From IMG/VR virus record IMGVR_UViG_3300025277_000132, positions 1 to 26,113 of that record: DNA of 26,113 nucleotides. The stretch is one strand, 5' to 3'. The first letter of the stretch is position 1, and every line of letters starts with the position of its first letter. The position numbers and the translations under genes are program-made. Source of the stretch: a virus (taxonomy: Duplodnaviria; Caudoviricetes). The notes under the pieces are model-generated. The model was given only the letters and a program-made list of their open reading frames with translations, ran no database searches and had not been told where the DNA came from. Below, one piece after another: positions 14,901 to 24,981 of the stretch.

Positions 14901-17146
14901 AACAATTCTTTTTGTAATGCTCCTAGAGCAGAAGATTCTATAAAATTTTCTAGGTACAAAGACAGGGTAGCACTTCCATTAGCATCTGTAATTCCTCTTG
15001 CTTTCATAGCTGCTTCTAAAACATTAGCGTTCTTTCGTGCTTCTTGTATTTTTTTACTAAAAGATACTCGTTGTTCTGGTTCCATAGAATCAATAAGATA
15101 TCGAGCACTTTGTCGTAATTTTTTCAACATCTTGGGTCTGGTAGAAACTATAGAACTTAACTCTTGAAAGTCTAAACCAGTTAGCTCCGCTTGCCAGTTA
15201 CTTCCATCCAAAGGAACGTAATTACTACGCAGTTCAACTAGACGGGATTCTTGTGCTGCATTTCTATTAGGAACTTTTAGAAGTTGTTCGTATTCTGCAT
15301 TATTCTGCAAAGCTTTAGTTCTTATCTGTGCAGTAGAAAGTTTACCCTCTCCGTCTATTTGATATAAATCTCTAGCCTGTTGTATAGCCTTTTTACTCAT
15401 CCGTTCTTTAGCTTGACTTTGTAAACCAAACATTTTAATAGCTGTTCTTAGCATATTTTCTTGTGAACCTGCTACTCCCGATAGGTCTGCCATTCTATGA
15501 CCAGCAAATTCAAGAGAACGAAGTCCATATAAAGTTTTATCTCCTATCCCTGCTATAGTTTGCCCTGTATTATGTACAGCAGCTAAACCTCCAACCAGAG
15601 GAGCTACCGCAGTTACCCAATGGTCTTCTCCAAAAGCAGCAGCAGCGTAAGATAATCCTGCAGCAGCACCAGTCTCTAGCAAAAATTCTGTGTTTGCTAT
15701 CTCGCTTCTACCTGCTTGTGTTAAACGATACCCACTTCCATAATTTTCAGTAGGCCATTTTGCTAGATATTTTCTTTCTTTATCAGTTACATTTCGTAAT
15801 AATTTTGTTTGATTATTTAGAGCTATTAATTCTATTTTGTCTTGGGGTGACAGCCCTCTTACCGTACCAGCTTTATTATTTAATTCTGTTAAACGGTTTT
15901 CAATACCTCCTAGGTTTACTTTTCCCCTATCTACCATTAGTCTTTGAGCTATTTTTAAAGATTTAGACGCTCTTACAAGTTGTGTTGCATAAGCTATTGG
16001 CATAGCCAGAGTTATAAGATATGGAATAGCTTCTTCTACAACCCGTGTTCCCATCGTTCCTCCTGATAATCTCTCTCCTATCAGGTCTGTCAATCCTATG
16101 TCATAAGATTTTTTTCTAAGCCATTCCCTCATTCTTTCGTTATCTTCACCTACAAGCTGTAAACTTTCTAAAAATTCTTCAGTTTTTCTTTGGGAATAGT
16201 TTATGGCAGTATCTTCTGGCATATCTTTTAATTCATTAAAAGCGTCAGTTATAGCACTAGCAGCATAAGAAAAACCCAGTTCAGGAGCTTGTCCTGCTGA
16301 AGTTATAAACATTCCTCCAAGCTGATTGAGACTTATAAGAGCTTCTGGTATTCCATATAAAATTCCCCTAGCTGTAGCTTTTCCTTGGCTCTCTAATTCG
16401 GTCAGTATTCTTTCTCCAACGGTAGGTTGCCTATAAAATTCACTACCATTCCACCCTATATCTGTAGTATTTAATACTCCAGGTTCAGCATTTGCAAGAA
16501 TATTTTTACCATGAACTGATTCTCCTACTCCAAGTTCTATAAACCTGTTTCTTAATAGATCTTTTCTTCTAGAAATTACTAATTCTTCACTAGGAGCAAG
16601 TCCAGTGCTAGGATCGGCAGAAGTTACAGTTCTCCTCCATTCGGATAATGGAATACCATAATGCCAAACTGCTCCTTCAGGATCAGATTTTCCTTTATCT
16701 AAAATGGGAGGATCATAATAAGCTACTCCAGAAGCATTTTGTTCTACACCGTTAGCTAGAATAGTTATATTTCGATTAAGATCTTTTGTAAATTGTTCTG
16801 CACCTACTGTAGATAAACGCTCGTCCAGTTCTGCAACAGTTACATTAGGATTCCAAGCCTCTGGTTTAATAACTTTCAATACAGAGGGTTCCTCTTGTAC
16901 TTCAGGTTCTGCTGCTTGAGCACTGGAAAATAAAAAGCTATCTCCCGTATCTGCATCTTGCATTATTATATTAGCATCGTTTTCAACAGGAGAATCATCT
17001 GTAGGAAGTACACCACCAAAACTAGGAAGATCTACAGGGGGCAAATTTCCTCTATCGGTTTCGACAGCTATATCTCCTTGTCGAACATATTCTCCAGAGT
17101 ATTCATTGTTAACTTTTGAATTTTGAACTACATTATTCAATGCCAT
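11924..17146 (-). CDS. Very large probable internal virion (ejection) protein, 1740 aa
   Basis: Long uninterrupted ORF with helical-type composition and Gly/Ala-rich hydrophobic segments; last and largest of the series after the tail genes, as in podoviral ejectosomes. Function is inferred from position. Confidence 0.7.
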   Translation of the reverse strand: MALNNVVQNSKVNNEYSGEYVRQGDIAVETDRGNLPPVDLPSFGGVLPTDDSPVENDANIIMQDADTGDSFLFSSAQAAEPEVQEEPSVLKVIKPEAWNPNVTVAELDERLSTVGAEQFTKDLNRNITILANGVEQNASGVAYYDPPILDKGKSDPEGAVWHYGIPLSEWRRTVTSADPSTGLAPSEELVISRRKDLLRNRFIELGVGESVHGKNILANAEPGVLNTTDIGWNGSEFYRQPTVGERILTELESQGKATARGILYGIPEALISLNQLGGMFITSAGQAPELGFSYAASAITDAFNELKDMPEDTAINYSQRKTEEFLESLQLVGEDNERMREWLRKKSYDIGLTDLIGERLSGGTMGTRVVEEAIPYLITLAMPIAYATQLVRASKSLKIAQRLMVDRGKVNLGGIENRLTELNNKAGTVRGLSPQDKIELIALNNQTKLLRNVTDKERKYLAKWPTENYGSGYRLTQAGRSEIANTEFLLETGAAAGLSYAAAAFGEDHWVTAVAPLVGGLAAVHNTGQTIAGIGDKTLYGLRSLEFAGHRMADLSGVAGSQENMLRTAIKMFGLQSQAKERMSKKAIQQARDLYQIDGEGKLSTAQIRTKALQNNAEYEQLLKVPNRNAAQESRLVELRSNYVPLDGSNWQAELTGLDFQELSSIVSTRPKMLKKLRQSARYLIDSMEPEQRVSFSKKIQEARKNANVLEAAMKARGITDANGSATLSLYLENFIESSALGALQKELLSRNTSGLALNLSKKLKLWSRYFAIKKRQEQSIASLNRFVEDVLDPLDEQNITPDLINFKESVEKSLSFIRSEKNANDILAKRMVDGLSQKLKTLVKNKPYMDRIEKGLNLRQALSLDELAQPEHARQKIREINTETARYLSRAAKPHNELYDKLKYSSDWNVELPAGNVGAELIDLSSEFFPMINWESQAGIRPPSAKIVELVVEARRESIYKLLGGSAERLTDGRPKTFKTPENLDDLMETLLDSEFAGKRIKIMKSGSKQEKIVLTRNKWNEFQKNIDDIRNKEPADAEGNPLTGRALAAFNKSKLFAESAATANFIEDILYVPSSEIPMDIPLNILDQVRSNIGKEAHANINNRKGVRLLKIQEVLDTVGDSEFKQLDLFESAELSPKQTELLTTWREARQAYREYKQLIGQPFETEATTLGPQRSKYTYKMKEIEDASGNVDMEKASLFNSWEKVFIASDDPARTADEFAKAFTDPQLGRVPDHVLSLLLDSAGMYLNKGKKLPAGWWESYRKLFEESSIDVEKYGENVNNWESFRQEFQVAEKEGIYGLDQINTDKITKQNNEFLQEIDTISNSAKEELNKLSKVVENAEDKEILKGLEKLLKPETSETGILYNSAIEILFSRDPKFHVSRKMDAGIDHITREVENLEIMGKDWTAALGEGQLNIVNTILGRHAKAQAEGSRYVPPIEDVFRILDNAVENGAVTARQKDKTVDVLRSFFSRYVADSIKNRTEFKSWVKDGTPAETIDLSEVHDLLQNHQSTLRYLYDDDEAKLVNQALAMAFDIGGVWRELDRNTGIPSSLKMESALARMFAVSRGVVSWRWVLGEQSIRQYRMQSLKQLQYFLENPDSMRVVLNVMEKDPALITGKDVTAWKNAFVHLLPGTLAKNLTLESLKQETARYQKELNDFKQANQLPTDYKPSIGFGEAGINSTVGNIFKLRADAERTESVRRGVPPATDPTVMERRAEERLDLKQGGRLVDQMQRLMN

Positions 17147-17169
17147 TATTTTTTCCTATTGTTTTTTGA

Positions 17170-19185
17170 TCAAAATGAAGGTTTTAAGGCTGTATTAGCG
17201 TTTGAAGAACCGTTTCCATTACTTATATATTCTCTTGAAGAGTTACTCCAATTCTCTGCAAGGTCACGAGCATCTGTTTGCAACGCTTTCTCTAAAAGGT
17301 TTGGATCTCCTATATTAGAAGTAACTTCATCATATTTTCTTAGAGATCTTCTGTATTTTCGATCAAATAGTACTTGGTATTTATCAATAATTTTTTTAGA
17401 TTTTCCGCTATTTCCATATCTATTCTTGACAAGATTTTCAAACAAACCTAGCTCTAATTTAGCTTGTAGCATTTTCAAAGCACTTTCTTGTGCTTCTGTA
17501 TTTGGTGCTCTGAATAACGCAGTAAATACTATTTTAAAATCTTGATCAGAGATCATTCTTCCACCTGATCCTCCTTGGAACATAGCAGCGAATTGATAGG
17601 TCATTTTAGCCATTAAAAGTTTTTTATGTGTTCTGTCTATAACTTCTTGTTGTCTTTTAGTTATAAGTTTACGGTCGCCAAATATGGTACTTGGGCCAGC
17701 TAGCTCGGCTTTTTTAGCATTTAGAGCATCTTTAAGTTCGCTATCGTTTAAAGTCTCCGCTACTAACCCATTTAAAAAGTCTCCTGCTATTGTTTCTCCA
17801 TAATTTTCCTTAACAGCAGCATTTCCATCCGAAAAGTCACTTCTTTTCACTACTCTTTTAAATTCATTAGCAAATCTTGCTACAATTGTTTTACCTGCTT
17901 GTACAAATCCTGACTCTGGATCTAGTAATCTATCTAAACCACTTTCTGCTGCTAATTTATAACTAGTACTAGATCCTTCAGCCCTCAAAAGATCTCTCAT
18001 AGTAGCTAGATCGCTAACTAATTCAAAACCAAGGTCTTTTCTTTCACCAGCCTGATTTATCTCGGCTGTTTGTAATACATAATCTTTATAAGGATTAATA
18101 TTTACAAACACTCTTCCGTCTGGTTGTTTACTGTAAATTTTATTTGGTATCATCGCTGCTGCTGCGTTACTAAAATCTGTTATAAATCGTTTTTCTTGTT
18201 GAGGGCTTGGGGATGATTCTCCATTAAAAAATTCTTCGCCTATCATATCTAATAAAAGATCGCTACCTGCTTCACGTTCTCGGTTGGTTTTAGCTTGATA
18301 TAGAGCCATCATCGGTACGCCCATACCGAATTTTTCTGCTTGTGTATTTGGATCATAATGACGTTTTACAAGAAATTCAGAACCTGTATCTATATTATTT
18401 ATATTTCCAGAAATGTTATTCCAATTGAGCCAAGTTTTTACCTCACTAGTATCTGGATCGGGAGCACCTCCTGAATGTTCTTTCCATCCCGTAGGAGTAT
18501 ATACTGATACTTCCTGACCATATATAACGCCCTTAGTCATTTCAAATCTATTTGGATCTGTGAGTATTTGATTAGGAACTATTCCTTTCTTAAATACTTC
18601 TGCTAGCTCTGGCATAGTCTTGGCTAATCTTGCTAAATTTTCATACCTATTTATATCTACAGTCCCAAAGAATACTTGAGAATCTGGATCTTCTGGATCT
18701 ACTCTTTGTTGCGTTGTAATCTGCGATGTTAAATTTCTAATTGTAGGAACCATTGCTAGGGCATTAAAATTTACTCCTGCATTTTCATAAATAGGTACAT
18801 TTTGATCTATTTGAGCTAACATAGATGACGCATATCCTGGTGTATTATTCTCCCCCATAATTTTTCTTCTATCTACATGCATCATGGAATTTCCTATAGG
18901 TATCATGTTCGCATCATTATAATTAGGAATTTTATCTATCTGATCTTTAACATATATTTCTTTCTCAGCCTGTGCGTTCATTCCTGTATAAATCACTCCC
19001 GTGAGAGGATGCGTAAAAGTAGCTGCAGGTTTTCCTGTTGCTTTACTAACTCTGATTTGAGATTCTTCCTGTTGTTTTAATTGGTCTGTAAATGCCTCTG
19101 CCTGATCTCTTTTTTGTTGTTTGTATACAAGTTGTTGATTTATACCGCTAGCTAACCCACCAAAAAAAGCTCCCATACTTCCCAT
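17170..19185 (-). CDS. Probable internal virion protein, 671 aa
   Basis: N-terminal MGSMGAFFGGLASGI followed by a Q/K/E-rich helix, typical of ejection proteins; TAATG coupling. Confidence 0.65.
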   Translation of the reverse strand: MGSMGAFFGGLASGINQQLVYKQQKRDQAEAFTDQLKQQEESQIRVSKATGKPAATFTHPLTGVIYTGMNAQAEKEIYVKDQIDKIPNYNDANMIPIGNSMMHVDRRKIMGENNTPGYASSMLAQIDQNVPIYENAGVNFNALAMVPTIRNLTSQITTQQRVDPEDPDSQVFFGTVDINRYENLARLAKTMPELAEVFKKGIVPNQILTDPNRFEMTKGVIYGQEVSVYTPTGWKEHSGGAPDPDTSEVKTWLNWNNISGNINNIDTGSEFLVKRHYDPNTQAEKFGMGVPMMALYQAKTNREREAGSDLLLDMIGEEFFNGESSPSPQQEKRFITDFSNAAAAMIPNKIYSKQPDGRVFVNINPYKDYVLQTAEINQAGERKDLGFELVSDLATMRDLLRAEGSSTSYKLAAESGLDRLLDPESGFVQAGKTIVARFANEFKRVVKRSDFSDGNAAVKENYGETIAGDFLNGLVAETLNDSELKDALNAKKAELAGPSTIFGDRKLITKRQQEVIDRTHKKLLMAKMTYQFAAMFQGGSGGRMISDQDFKIVFTALFRAPNTEAQESALKMLQAKLELGLFENLVKNRYGNSGKSKKIIDKYQVLFDRKYRRSLRKYDEVTSNIGDPNLLEKALQTDARDLAENWSNSSREYISNGNGSSNANTALKPSF

Positions 19186-19919
19186 TATACTAACTCCTCT
19201 TCTTCCATAGATGGCATCTGTTCCATAACATCCATAGGCATTTCTTCTATATCATCCATAGGCATTTCTTGCATTTGTTCTACAGGTGAACTTTCCATAA
19301 AACTAGCAACTGGTATATTGGGGTCTACAGTTATAGGCATCTCTTCTACCGTTTGAGAAGGCTCAAGAATAGCCATAAAACTATCTCCCTCTGCAACAGG
19401 AGTTCGTTCTACTTCTTGAAGTACCATATCTCTTTGTTTCATAGCTTCTTCTCTTCTACGCTCATATTTTCTAGGATTTAATTCACGCATAATTTCTAAA
19501 GCTTTAGAAGTTTTAATTTCATTATCTGGATAGCTGTTTAATGTACGAATATCTTCTATTCCAGCATCCCTTGCCATAGCTAGAACTTCCAAAGTTAATA
19601 TAGGATTGAGCATTTCTGCAACGTCTGGTGTCCATTGCCCCTCTACAAAACCATTAAATGTAATAGATCTGACTACAGATTCTATAGACACTCCAGCATC
19701 TATAAGAGCTATTAAATTTTTCATATTGCTAGGCTGGTTTAAAGATAGCATCACTTTAGGTAAAGCATCATCTACGTCTATTATTCTGGAAGGTTTTTCC
19801 CATTGATATTTTCCAAGAGGTTGAGTTAAAGATTGTCCAGGTACAGAACGTGCGAAGTGGCTTGGCATCCCTTGTTCTTGTCTGTTAGTTTCTTCTATTG
19901 TGGTAGGAGTCATTTCCAT
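19185..19919 (-). CDS. Phage structural-module protein, 244 aa, with acidic Met/Pro-rich tail
   Basis: VPGQSLT...YQWEKP and GFVEGQWTPDVAEML segments; tightly packed in the structural arm. Confidence 0.7.
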   Translation of the reverse strand: MEMTPTTIEETNRQEQGMPSHFARSVPGQSLTQPLGKYQWEKPSRIIDVDDALPKVMLSLNQPSNMKNLIALIDAGVSIESVVRSITFNGFVEGQWTPDVAEMLNPILTLEVLAMARDAGIEDIRTLNSYPDNEIKTSKALEIMRELNPRKYERRREEAMKQRDMVLQEVERTPVAEGDSFMAILEPSQTVEEMPITVDPNIPVASFMESSPVEQMQEMPMDDIEEMPMDVMEQMPSMEEEELV

Positions 19920-19920
19920 T

Positions 19921-20301
19921 TTAACTTACTCTTCCTTTTTGTACAGGGACAGATGCAAAAGCATACGCATCTGCTTGAGGATTTTGATTTTTCATTTCTC
20001 TTTGTAGCTGTGCAAATACTTCCTCTGCTCCCCCTGCATTTTGCATAGCGTTTGCTAAAAGCTGATAGTATTTTTGTCTTGCTTCTGCTTGTTGTTGGCT
20101 CTGTGAACTTCTCTGTATAGCACCTGGAACATCTCCTAGTGGTGCTACGGGTGCTCCTTTCTGTGCTGATGCTAGTATATCCATAAAAGGAGGAGGGCCA
20201 TAACCAACAGTTCCATCTCCTGAACCACCTTTTTGACCCTTTTTAGATATAGCACTACCTACAATTTGTGCTCCTGCTGCTATTACTGCTCCCCATGCCA
20301 T
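19921..20301 (-). CDS. Probable small internal virion protein, 126 aa
   Basis: AGGAG RBS; MAWGAVIAAGAQIVGSAISKKG Gly/Ala-rich N-terminus typical of small ejection proteins. Confidence 0.65.
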   Translation of the reverse strand: MAWGAVIAAGAQIVGSAISKKGQKGGSGDGTVGYGPPPFMDILASAQKGAPVAPLGDVPGAIQRSSQSQQQAEARQKYYQLLANAMQNAGGAEEVFAQLQREMKNQNPQADAYAFASVPVQKGRVS

Positions 20302-20314
20302 ATTTTTATCTCCT

Positions 20315-21766
20315 TTATGAGCCGAATAATCCTGTGATTGAATCTAAATTAGAAATAACAGTTCCTGCCAATTGTCCTATTTGCCCAAAAGTAGCATCTC
20401 TAGCTGCTGTTTTATACTGTGCAGATTGAAAATCCTGTTGTTGAGAAAGAATACCTACCTGATGTGCTCGTTGTAATGCATTTTCTGTAGTTTGAATTAA
20501 AAATTGAGCATCATCCCGATATGCTTGCCACAAATTAGCTTGTGCTACTTCATTCATACCGAGTACAGCTTGAGCATTTATTCTGTTAGCTTCATTCTGG
20601 GTAGCATTATTTGCAGTATTTATACTTCTACGCCACACAGCATTAGATTGTCCTATTTGAGTGGATAGATTAGCTTCAAATTTATCTCTATCATTTTGTA
20701 CTTGTTGGTTAAACTGCCTAAGTGCATTTACTTGATCTGAGTTAAATTGAGCATTGGCAGTTGCTAATTCTGAATTTCTAGTTCTTACTTTTGTACCTAA
20801 CTCTGCAAAAAATTCATCTACTTGTACTTGTCCAGTTGCATTGAATTGTCTGGTAGCATTTTCAGCAGATTGATCTGTAAACATTTCCTGTATGTCTGCT
20901 TGAAAATTTATAGTTTCAGTAGCTTGTTCAGCAGTTAAATTAGCCGTATCTATGGATAGAAAATTTTGAGAGTTTTGAATAGCTGCTCTCATTCTAGCAT
21001 CTTGATTTCTTTGATCCATTTGAGCATAGGTAGAAGCATTTTGCAAAGCTGCCTGTTGTTTATTATTTAAATTTTGCACTTGAATAGCAGCATACTTTTG
21101 AGCATCTGCTGCAGCGATTGGAATAGCACTTTCCTGCACAGCTTGTACAAGGGCTGCTCCTGCAATCGAACTAGCTCCCAAACCTCTTTGCTGCATTATT
21201 TGTGAAGCTGCTCTAACTGGCCCTGAAGCCCAAGCAGGTAAAGGCTGTCCATCTACAATAGAATTGTACAAACCATCTAATTGACCCTGAACGGTAGCTT
21301 TTACATCCAGTTCTTCAGTTTGTGCTGTTACTAAAGAGGGAGTTGAAACAGTGCCTGTAACATCTGCTTCTTCTACAGATACCTCTGGAGATATTTCTTC
21401 TCTGGTTAATTGGGCAGCTTGCGTATCTTGTACAGCTTGTCTTTGTGCTGCTGTTACTGTAGGAAATGCTGGTTGTGTAGCTTCTGTTATTGTAGTAGGA
21501 GCCACAGCTTGATCAGCAGTAACTGGAGTAATTTGCTGCAGAGGCTGTTGCCCTACTATTTCCCCTGATTTTTCAGCTATATCCCTTGGATTATAAGTGC
21601 CTCCAAAAGGTCTGATAGTTTGAGGTCTGCCAAAAGGATCTATAAGTTCCCTAGGAGCAGCTTGCCCTGTCATTATATCTATAATAGCACGATTTCTATC
21701 TTCGATACTAAACTGTGTAGTACCTCCTTCTTGATAGTTATTGTCTGGTTTAAAATTTATAGCCAT
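20315..21766 (-). CDS. Probable internal virion/DNA transfer protein, Q/A/N-rich, 483 aa
   Basis: PAWASG...RGLGASSIAG...ESAIPIAAADAQ core followed by long Gln/Asn/Ala helical repeats (QFNA-like). Confidence 0.7.
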   Translation of the reverse strand: MAINFKPDNNYQEGGTTQFSIEDRNRAIIDIMTGQAAPRELIDPFGRPQTIRPFGGTYNPRDIAEKSGEIVGQQPLQQITPVTADQAVAPTTITEATQPAFPTVTAAQRQAVQDTQAAQLTREEISPEVSVEEADVTGTVSTPSLVTAQTEELDVKATVQGQLDGLYNSIVDGQPLPAWASGPVRAASQIMQQRGLGASSIAGAALVQAVQESAIPIAAADAQKYAAIQVQNLNNKQQAALQNASTYAQMDQRNQDARMRAAIQNSQNFLSIDTANLTAEQATETINFQADIQEMFTDQSAENATRQFNATGQVQVDEFFAELGTKVRTRNSELATANAQFNSDQVNALRQFNQQVQNDRDKFEANLSTQIGQSNAVWRRSINTANNATQNEANRINAQAVLGMNEVAQANLWQAYRDDAQFLIQTTENALQRAHQVGILSQQQDFQSAQYKTAARDATFGQIGQLAGTVISNLDSITGLFGS

Positions 21767-21797
21767 CAGTTACAACCTTTACTTATATTTTTATTTT

Positions 21798-22094
21798 TTA
21801 TAATGGTTTATATCCATTGTCAGACATCCAAGTTCCTACATCTTCATTACTGTAAACACCATCTGAACCTAAACTATCGCAAGGAATGTTTGCTCTAGTT
21901 TCATACACCTCTATAAAATGTGAATTTTCTAAATTTCCATACTGGTAAGATGCATATATATTTTCACTATTTGGGTTTTGAGTAAATTTTAATCCTCTTT
22001 GAGCAACTTTATAAACAGTAACTGTTCCGTTTACAGTAACTTCAAGATTAGAAGTGGAACCATTAGCGTTGATATTTTCGTAAACATGTGACAT
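21798..22094 (-). CDS. Hypothetical protein downstream of the tail fibre (possible fibre accessory)
   Basis: AGGAG RBS; 98 aa directly after the tail fibre stop. Confidence 0.65.
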   Translation of the reverse strand: MSHVYENINANGSTSNLEVTVNGTVTVYKVAQRGLKFTQNPNSENIYASYQYGNLENSHFIEVYETRANIPCDSLGSDGVYSNEDVGTWMSDNGYKPL

Positions 22095-22104
22095 TTATCT
22101 CTCC

Positions 22105-24981
22105 TTAATTTGATCTCATAGTAACAAACCATGCTGCTGTAGCATGTGAACCAGAACCATAGGCTAATTGTAAAGAACTACCTGAAGTGGAATAAGTTCT
22201 AGCTGGAGGGCTATTTTTAACAACAGAAGAAATTGTAGCAGGAGTTCCACCACTATTATGAAACAAAACAAGATCCGTAAAAGTATTTGGATCACTTCCT
22301 CCAGTAACAACAGCTAAGATTCCACCTACACCACCAATAGTTACACTAGCAATAGTGGTAGCACTTGTTCCTACAGTAGTTTTTTGATTAGCTATAATTT
22401 GCCCAGTATCTTTACCTTGGCATTTAATAAGATCGTATTGCGTTCCTAAATCAGCAGACTCTGGCCCAACTTTAAGAAACTCTGTGTTACTTGGATCACA
22501 CCCTATTCCTACAGCATTATTAGCAGCATTAACTTTAAGCATACTGGTATTATCATCACTTTCAACTCTAAAATCTATGTCTGCTGAACCTTCATTAAAT
22601 ACTGTTTCGGCTGCTGCTAAGTGTATTAAATCCGCAGTAGTTGCATTTCCTATTGTTTTACCATCTGCTAGAACAAGATCATCTTTAATAGTTAAAAGAC
22701 CAGCAGAAGAAAGTGTAAGTGCATCAGTAGCTGAAGCAACACCAATTGTGCCACCATCTTTAATTAAAATGTCATCTACAAATGTAACGATTCCTGTAGA
22801 AGCTACTGTCATTGCAGTAGCAGCAGAAGCTGAACCTATTGTTCCACCATCTTTAATGACAATATCATCTTTAAAAGTTACAATTCCAGCAGAAGAAATA
22901 GTCATTGCATCATTTGTTGATGCTACACCAATAGTGCCACCATCTTTAATCATAAAATCATCTGCAATCGTAAGTAAACCAGCAGAACTGAGAGACATTT
23001 TTTCAGAGGCAGCTTCACTAGCAGCCGTTTTAAAACTTAACTTTGTAGCATTATTATCCGCTGCAAAATTACCTTCTGATACAGCTTCGATACCAGCAGC
23101 AACTAATATAGCATCTGTTCCTGCTCCTTCATCTGGTGCTTGAAAGAAAATAGAACCAAGTACATCGTTAACTGCAATATCATTATCCCCTGCTTGAAAA
23201 GTAAGAGAAGGTTCTTTACCATCGCCTGTACCTACATGCTTGAGAACAAGACCATCATCAGCAACATGTGTAAGTGTAATTTCCTGATCATTACCAAAAT
23301 AAATTACACTACTATCTGCAAGATATAAATCATTCCATTCTGCACTACTTGTACCTATATCTCTAGTACCACCTCCATCAGGAGCAAGATTTGAACCTAT
23401 ACTAGTAAGATCTGTACTTCCAATGTAAGTTTTAAGCCTAGAAGCTGCAGTTTTTCTATTTGTTCCCCCTGCTCCATTATCAATTATAAACAGGTCAGCA
23501 TCTACAATAGCTTCACCAATATCTGTACCGCCATCTATATCTAAAGCAGTTAAAGGAAACCCACCAGCAGTTTGAACTAGAGTATTAATTCTAGATAGAG
23601 CAGCTTTTCTATTTGTACCTCCAGCACCGTCATCTACAATGATCAGATCAGAAGTAGTTAAATCTGCCCCGATATCCGTGCCACCGTCTATATCTAGATC
23701 AGCAATTGGCACTCCTCCATCTGGAAATACTGGATTTTGAGAAAATGTTACAACTCCTCCAGAACTGATAGCAATAGCATCTGTATCAGAAGCAGAACCT
23801 ATATTACCTGCGTCTGGTATTACAATGTTACCTCCTGTAGTCATAGTACCACCACCAGTGTATGTACCTGCACCAGTTACATTAGCACCACTGAAAGTTA
23901 AAGCAGTTGTTGTACCAGATTTTATTATTAAGTTTCCAGAAGTATTAGTAGCACTACCGAATGTAGTACCATCATCTTTAAAGAATATATCTCCCCCACC
24001 TGCATCTAAAACAATATCTGTAGCAGCATCTACATTAAATAGAGCAGACGCAGACACTGTTAAATCTGTGCCATCTCCTTCTATCTTTTCACCATCATCT
24101 CCAAAAGTTATACCTACTCCAGAAGGAATATTTACATCACTAGTAGCTGTTAAATTAATATCTGCTCCAGAAGTTATTGTTAGATCAGTACTGTTACCTT
24201 CTATCTTTTCACCAGACCCAAATGTAATGCCTACATCAGCAGGAATTACTACATCTGCTGTAGCAGTTAAATTAATGTTATTACCAGTAATAGTTAAATC
24301 CGTACCGTCACCCTCTATTTTTTCTCCATCATTACCAAATGTTATACCAATATCAGCAGGGATATTTACATCACCACCACTACCTACAGTAATTGATAAA
24401 TCTGTACCATCTGATTCTATTTTTTCAGCAGTAGCAAAAGTTATACCTACGCCAGAGGGAATATTTACATCGGCTGTAGCAGTAAGATTGATATTGTTAC
24501 CAGAGATAGTTAAATCAGTGCCATCACCTTCGATCTTTTCACCGTCATTACCGAAAGTTACACCTATATTTGCAGGTATATTAATATCTGCTCCCGATAC
24601 TAAATATAAATCTGTACCGTCACCGTAGATGTATTCTCCACCTTCGTCATTTAAATATAACCGTTTGGTGCTATCGATTACTACATCGTCTGAAAATTTA
24701 AAGTGATCTTCATCTTCCATCCAAGTCAGGACACCATCAGTTGTCTCCCCATCGAAAGTGACCACAATATCTGTACCAGCAGTACCATCACCAATAGTAA
24801 TAGCTGTTCCTAAAAGTTTAGTTATATCACCACCTTCAGCACTAGTACCATCATGGGTATGTCCTGTATCGGCTGCAAATGCTGATACTAATTGATCAAA
24901 TTCATCATTAAAATGTGATGCTTCGATAGTAGCACCGTCTACAATAGTAGATGAACTTTGTCTAGTGTAAGTAGCTCCCAT
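22105..24981 (-). CDS. Tail fibre protein with three internal repeat families, 958 aa
   Basis: N-terminal YTRQS...FNDEFDQLVSAF...GHTHDGTSAEG anchor-like domain, G/T/D/I-rich beta-type repeats; follows the tail stabilisation gene by TAATG coupling. Confidence 0.85.
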   Translation of the reverse strand: MGATYTRQSSSTIVDGATIEASHFNDEFDQLVSAFAADTGHTHDGTSAEGGDITKLLGTAITIGDGTAGTDIVVTFDGETTDGVLTWMEDEDHFKFSDDVVIDSTKRLYLNDEGGEYIYGDGTDLYLVSGADINIPANIGVTFGNDGEKIEGDGTDLTISGNNINLTATADVNIPSGVGITFATAEKIESDGTDLSITVGSGGDVNIPADIGITFGNDGEKIEGDGTDLTITGNNINLTATADVVIPADVGITFGSGEKIEGNSTDLTITSGADINLTATSDVNIPSGVGITFGDDGEKIEGDGTDLTVSASALFNVDAATDIVLDAGGGDIFFKDDGTTFGSATNTSGNLIIKSGTTTALTFSGANVTGAGTYTGGGTMTTGGNIVIPDAGNIGSASDTDAIAISSGGVVTFSQNPVFPDGGVPIADLDIDGGTDIGADLTTSDLIIVDDGAGGTNRKAALSRINTLVQTAGGFPLTALDIDGGTDIGEAIVDADLFIIDNGAGGTNRKTAASRLKTYIGSTDLTSIGSNLAPDGGGTRDIGTSSAEWNDLYLADSSVIYFGNDQEITLTHVADDGLVLKHVGTGDGKEPSLTFQAGDNDIAVNDVLGSIFFQAPDEGAGTDAILVAAGIEAVSEGNFAADNNATKLSFKTAASEAASEKMSLSSAGLLTIADDFMIKDGGTIGVASTNDAMTISSAGIVTFKDDIVIKDGGTIGSASAATAMTVASTGIVTFVDDILIKDGGTIGVASATDALTLSSAGLLTIKDDLVLADGKTIGNATTADLIHLAAAETVFNEGSADIDFRVESDDNTSMLKVNAANNAVGIGCDPSNTEFLKVGPESADLGTQYDLIKCQGKDTGQIIANQKTTVGTSATTIASVTIGGVGGILAVVTGGSDPNTFTDLVLFHNSGGTPATISSVVKNSPPARTYSTSGSSLQLAYGSGSHATAAWFVTMRSN
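22650..22985 (-). repeat. Tail fibre repeat block 3: about four copies of a ~31-aa unit TFxDDIxIKDGGTIGxAS
   Basis: Seen directly in the translation; boundaries approximate. Confidence 0.85.
23430..23705 (-). repeat. Tail fibre repeat block 2: two copies of LDIDGGTDIG...DLxIxDxGAGGTNRK
   Basis: Seen directly in the translation; boundaries approximate. Confidence 0.85.
24050..24640 (-). repeat. Tail fibre repeat block 1: about six copies of DVNIPxxVGITFGxxGEKIEGDGTDL
   Basis: Seen directly in the translation; boundaries approximate. Confidence 0.85.

Noticed and set aside
12285-21898. Plus-strand ORFs within the structural arm
   Set aside because: Antisense shadows of long minus-strand genes.
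22484-24628. Long + strand ORFs 22484-23143, 23140-23328 and 23825-24628
   Set aside because: Antisense shadows of the repetitive tail fibre; their repeats simply mirror the fibre's codons.
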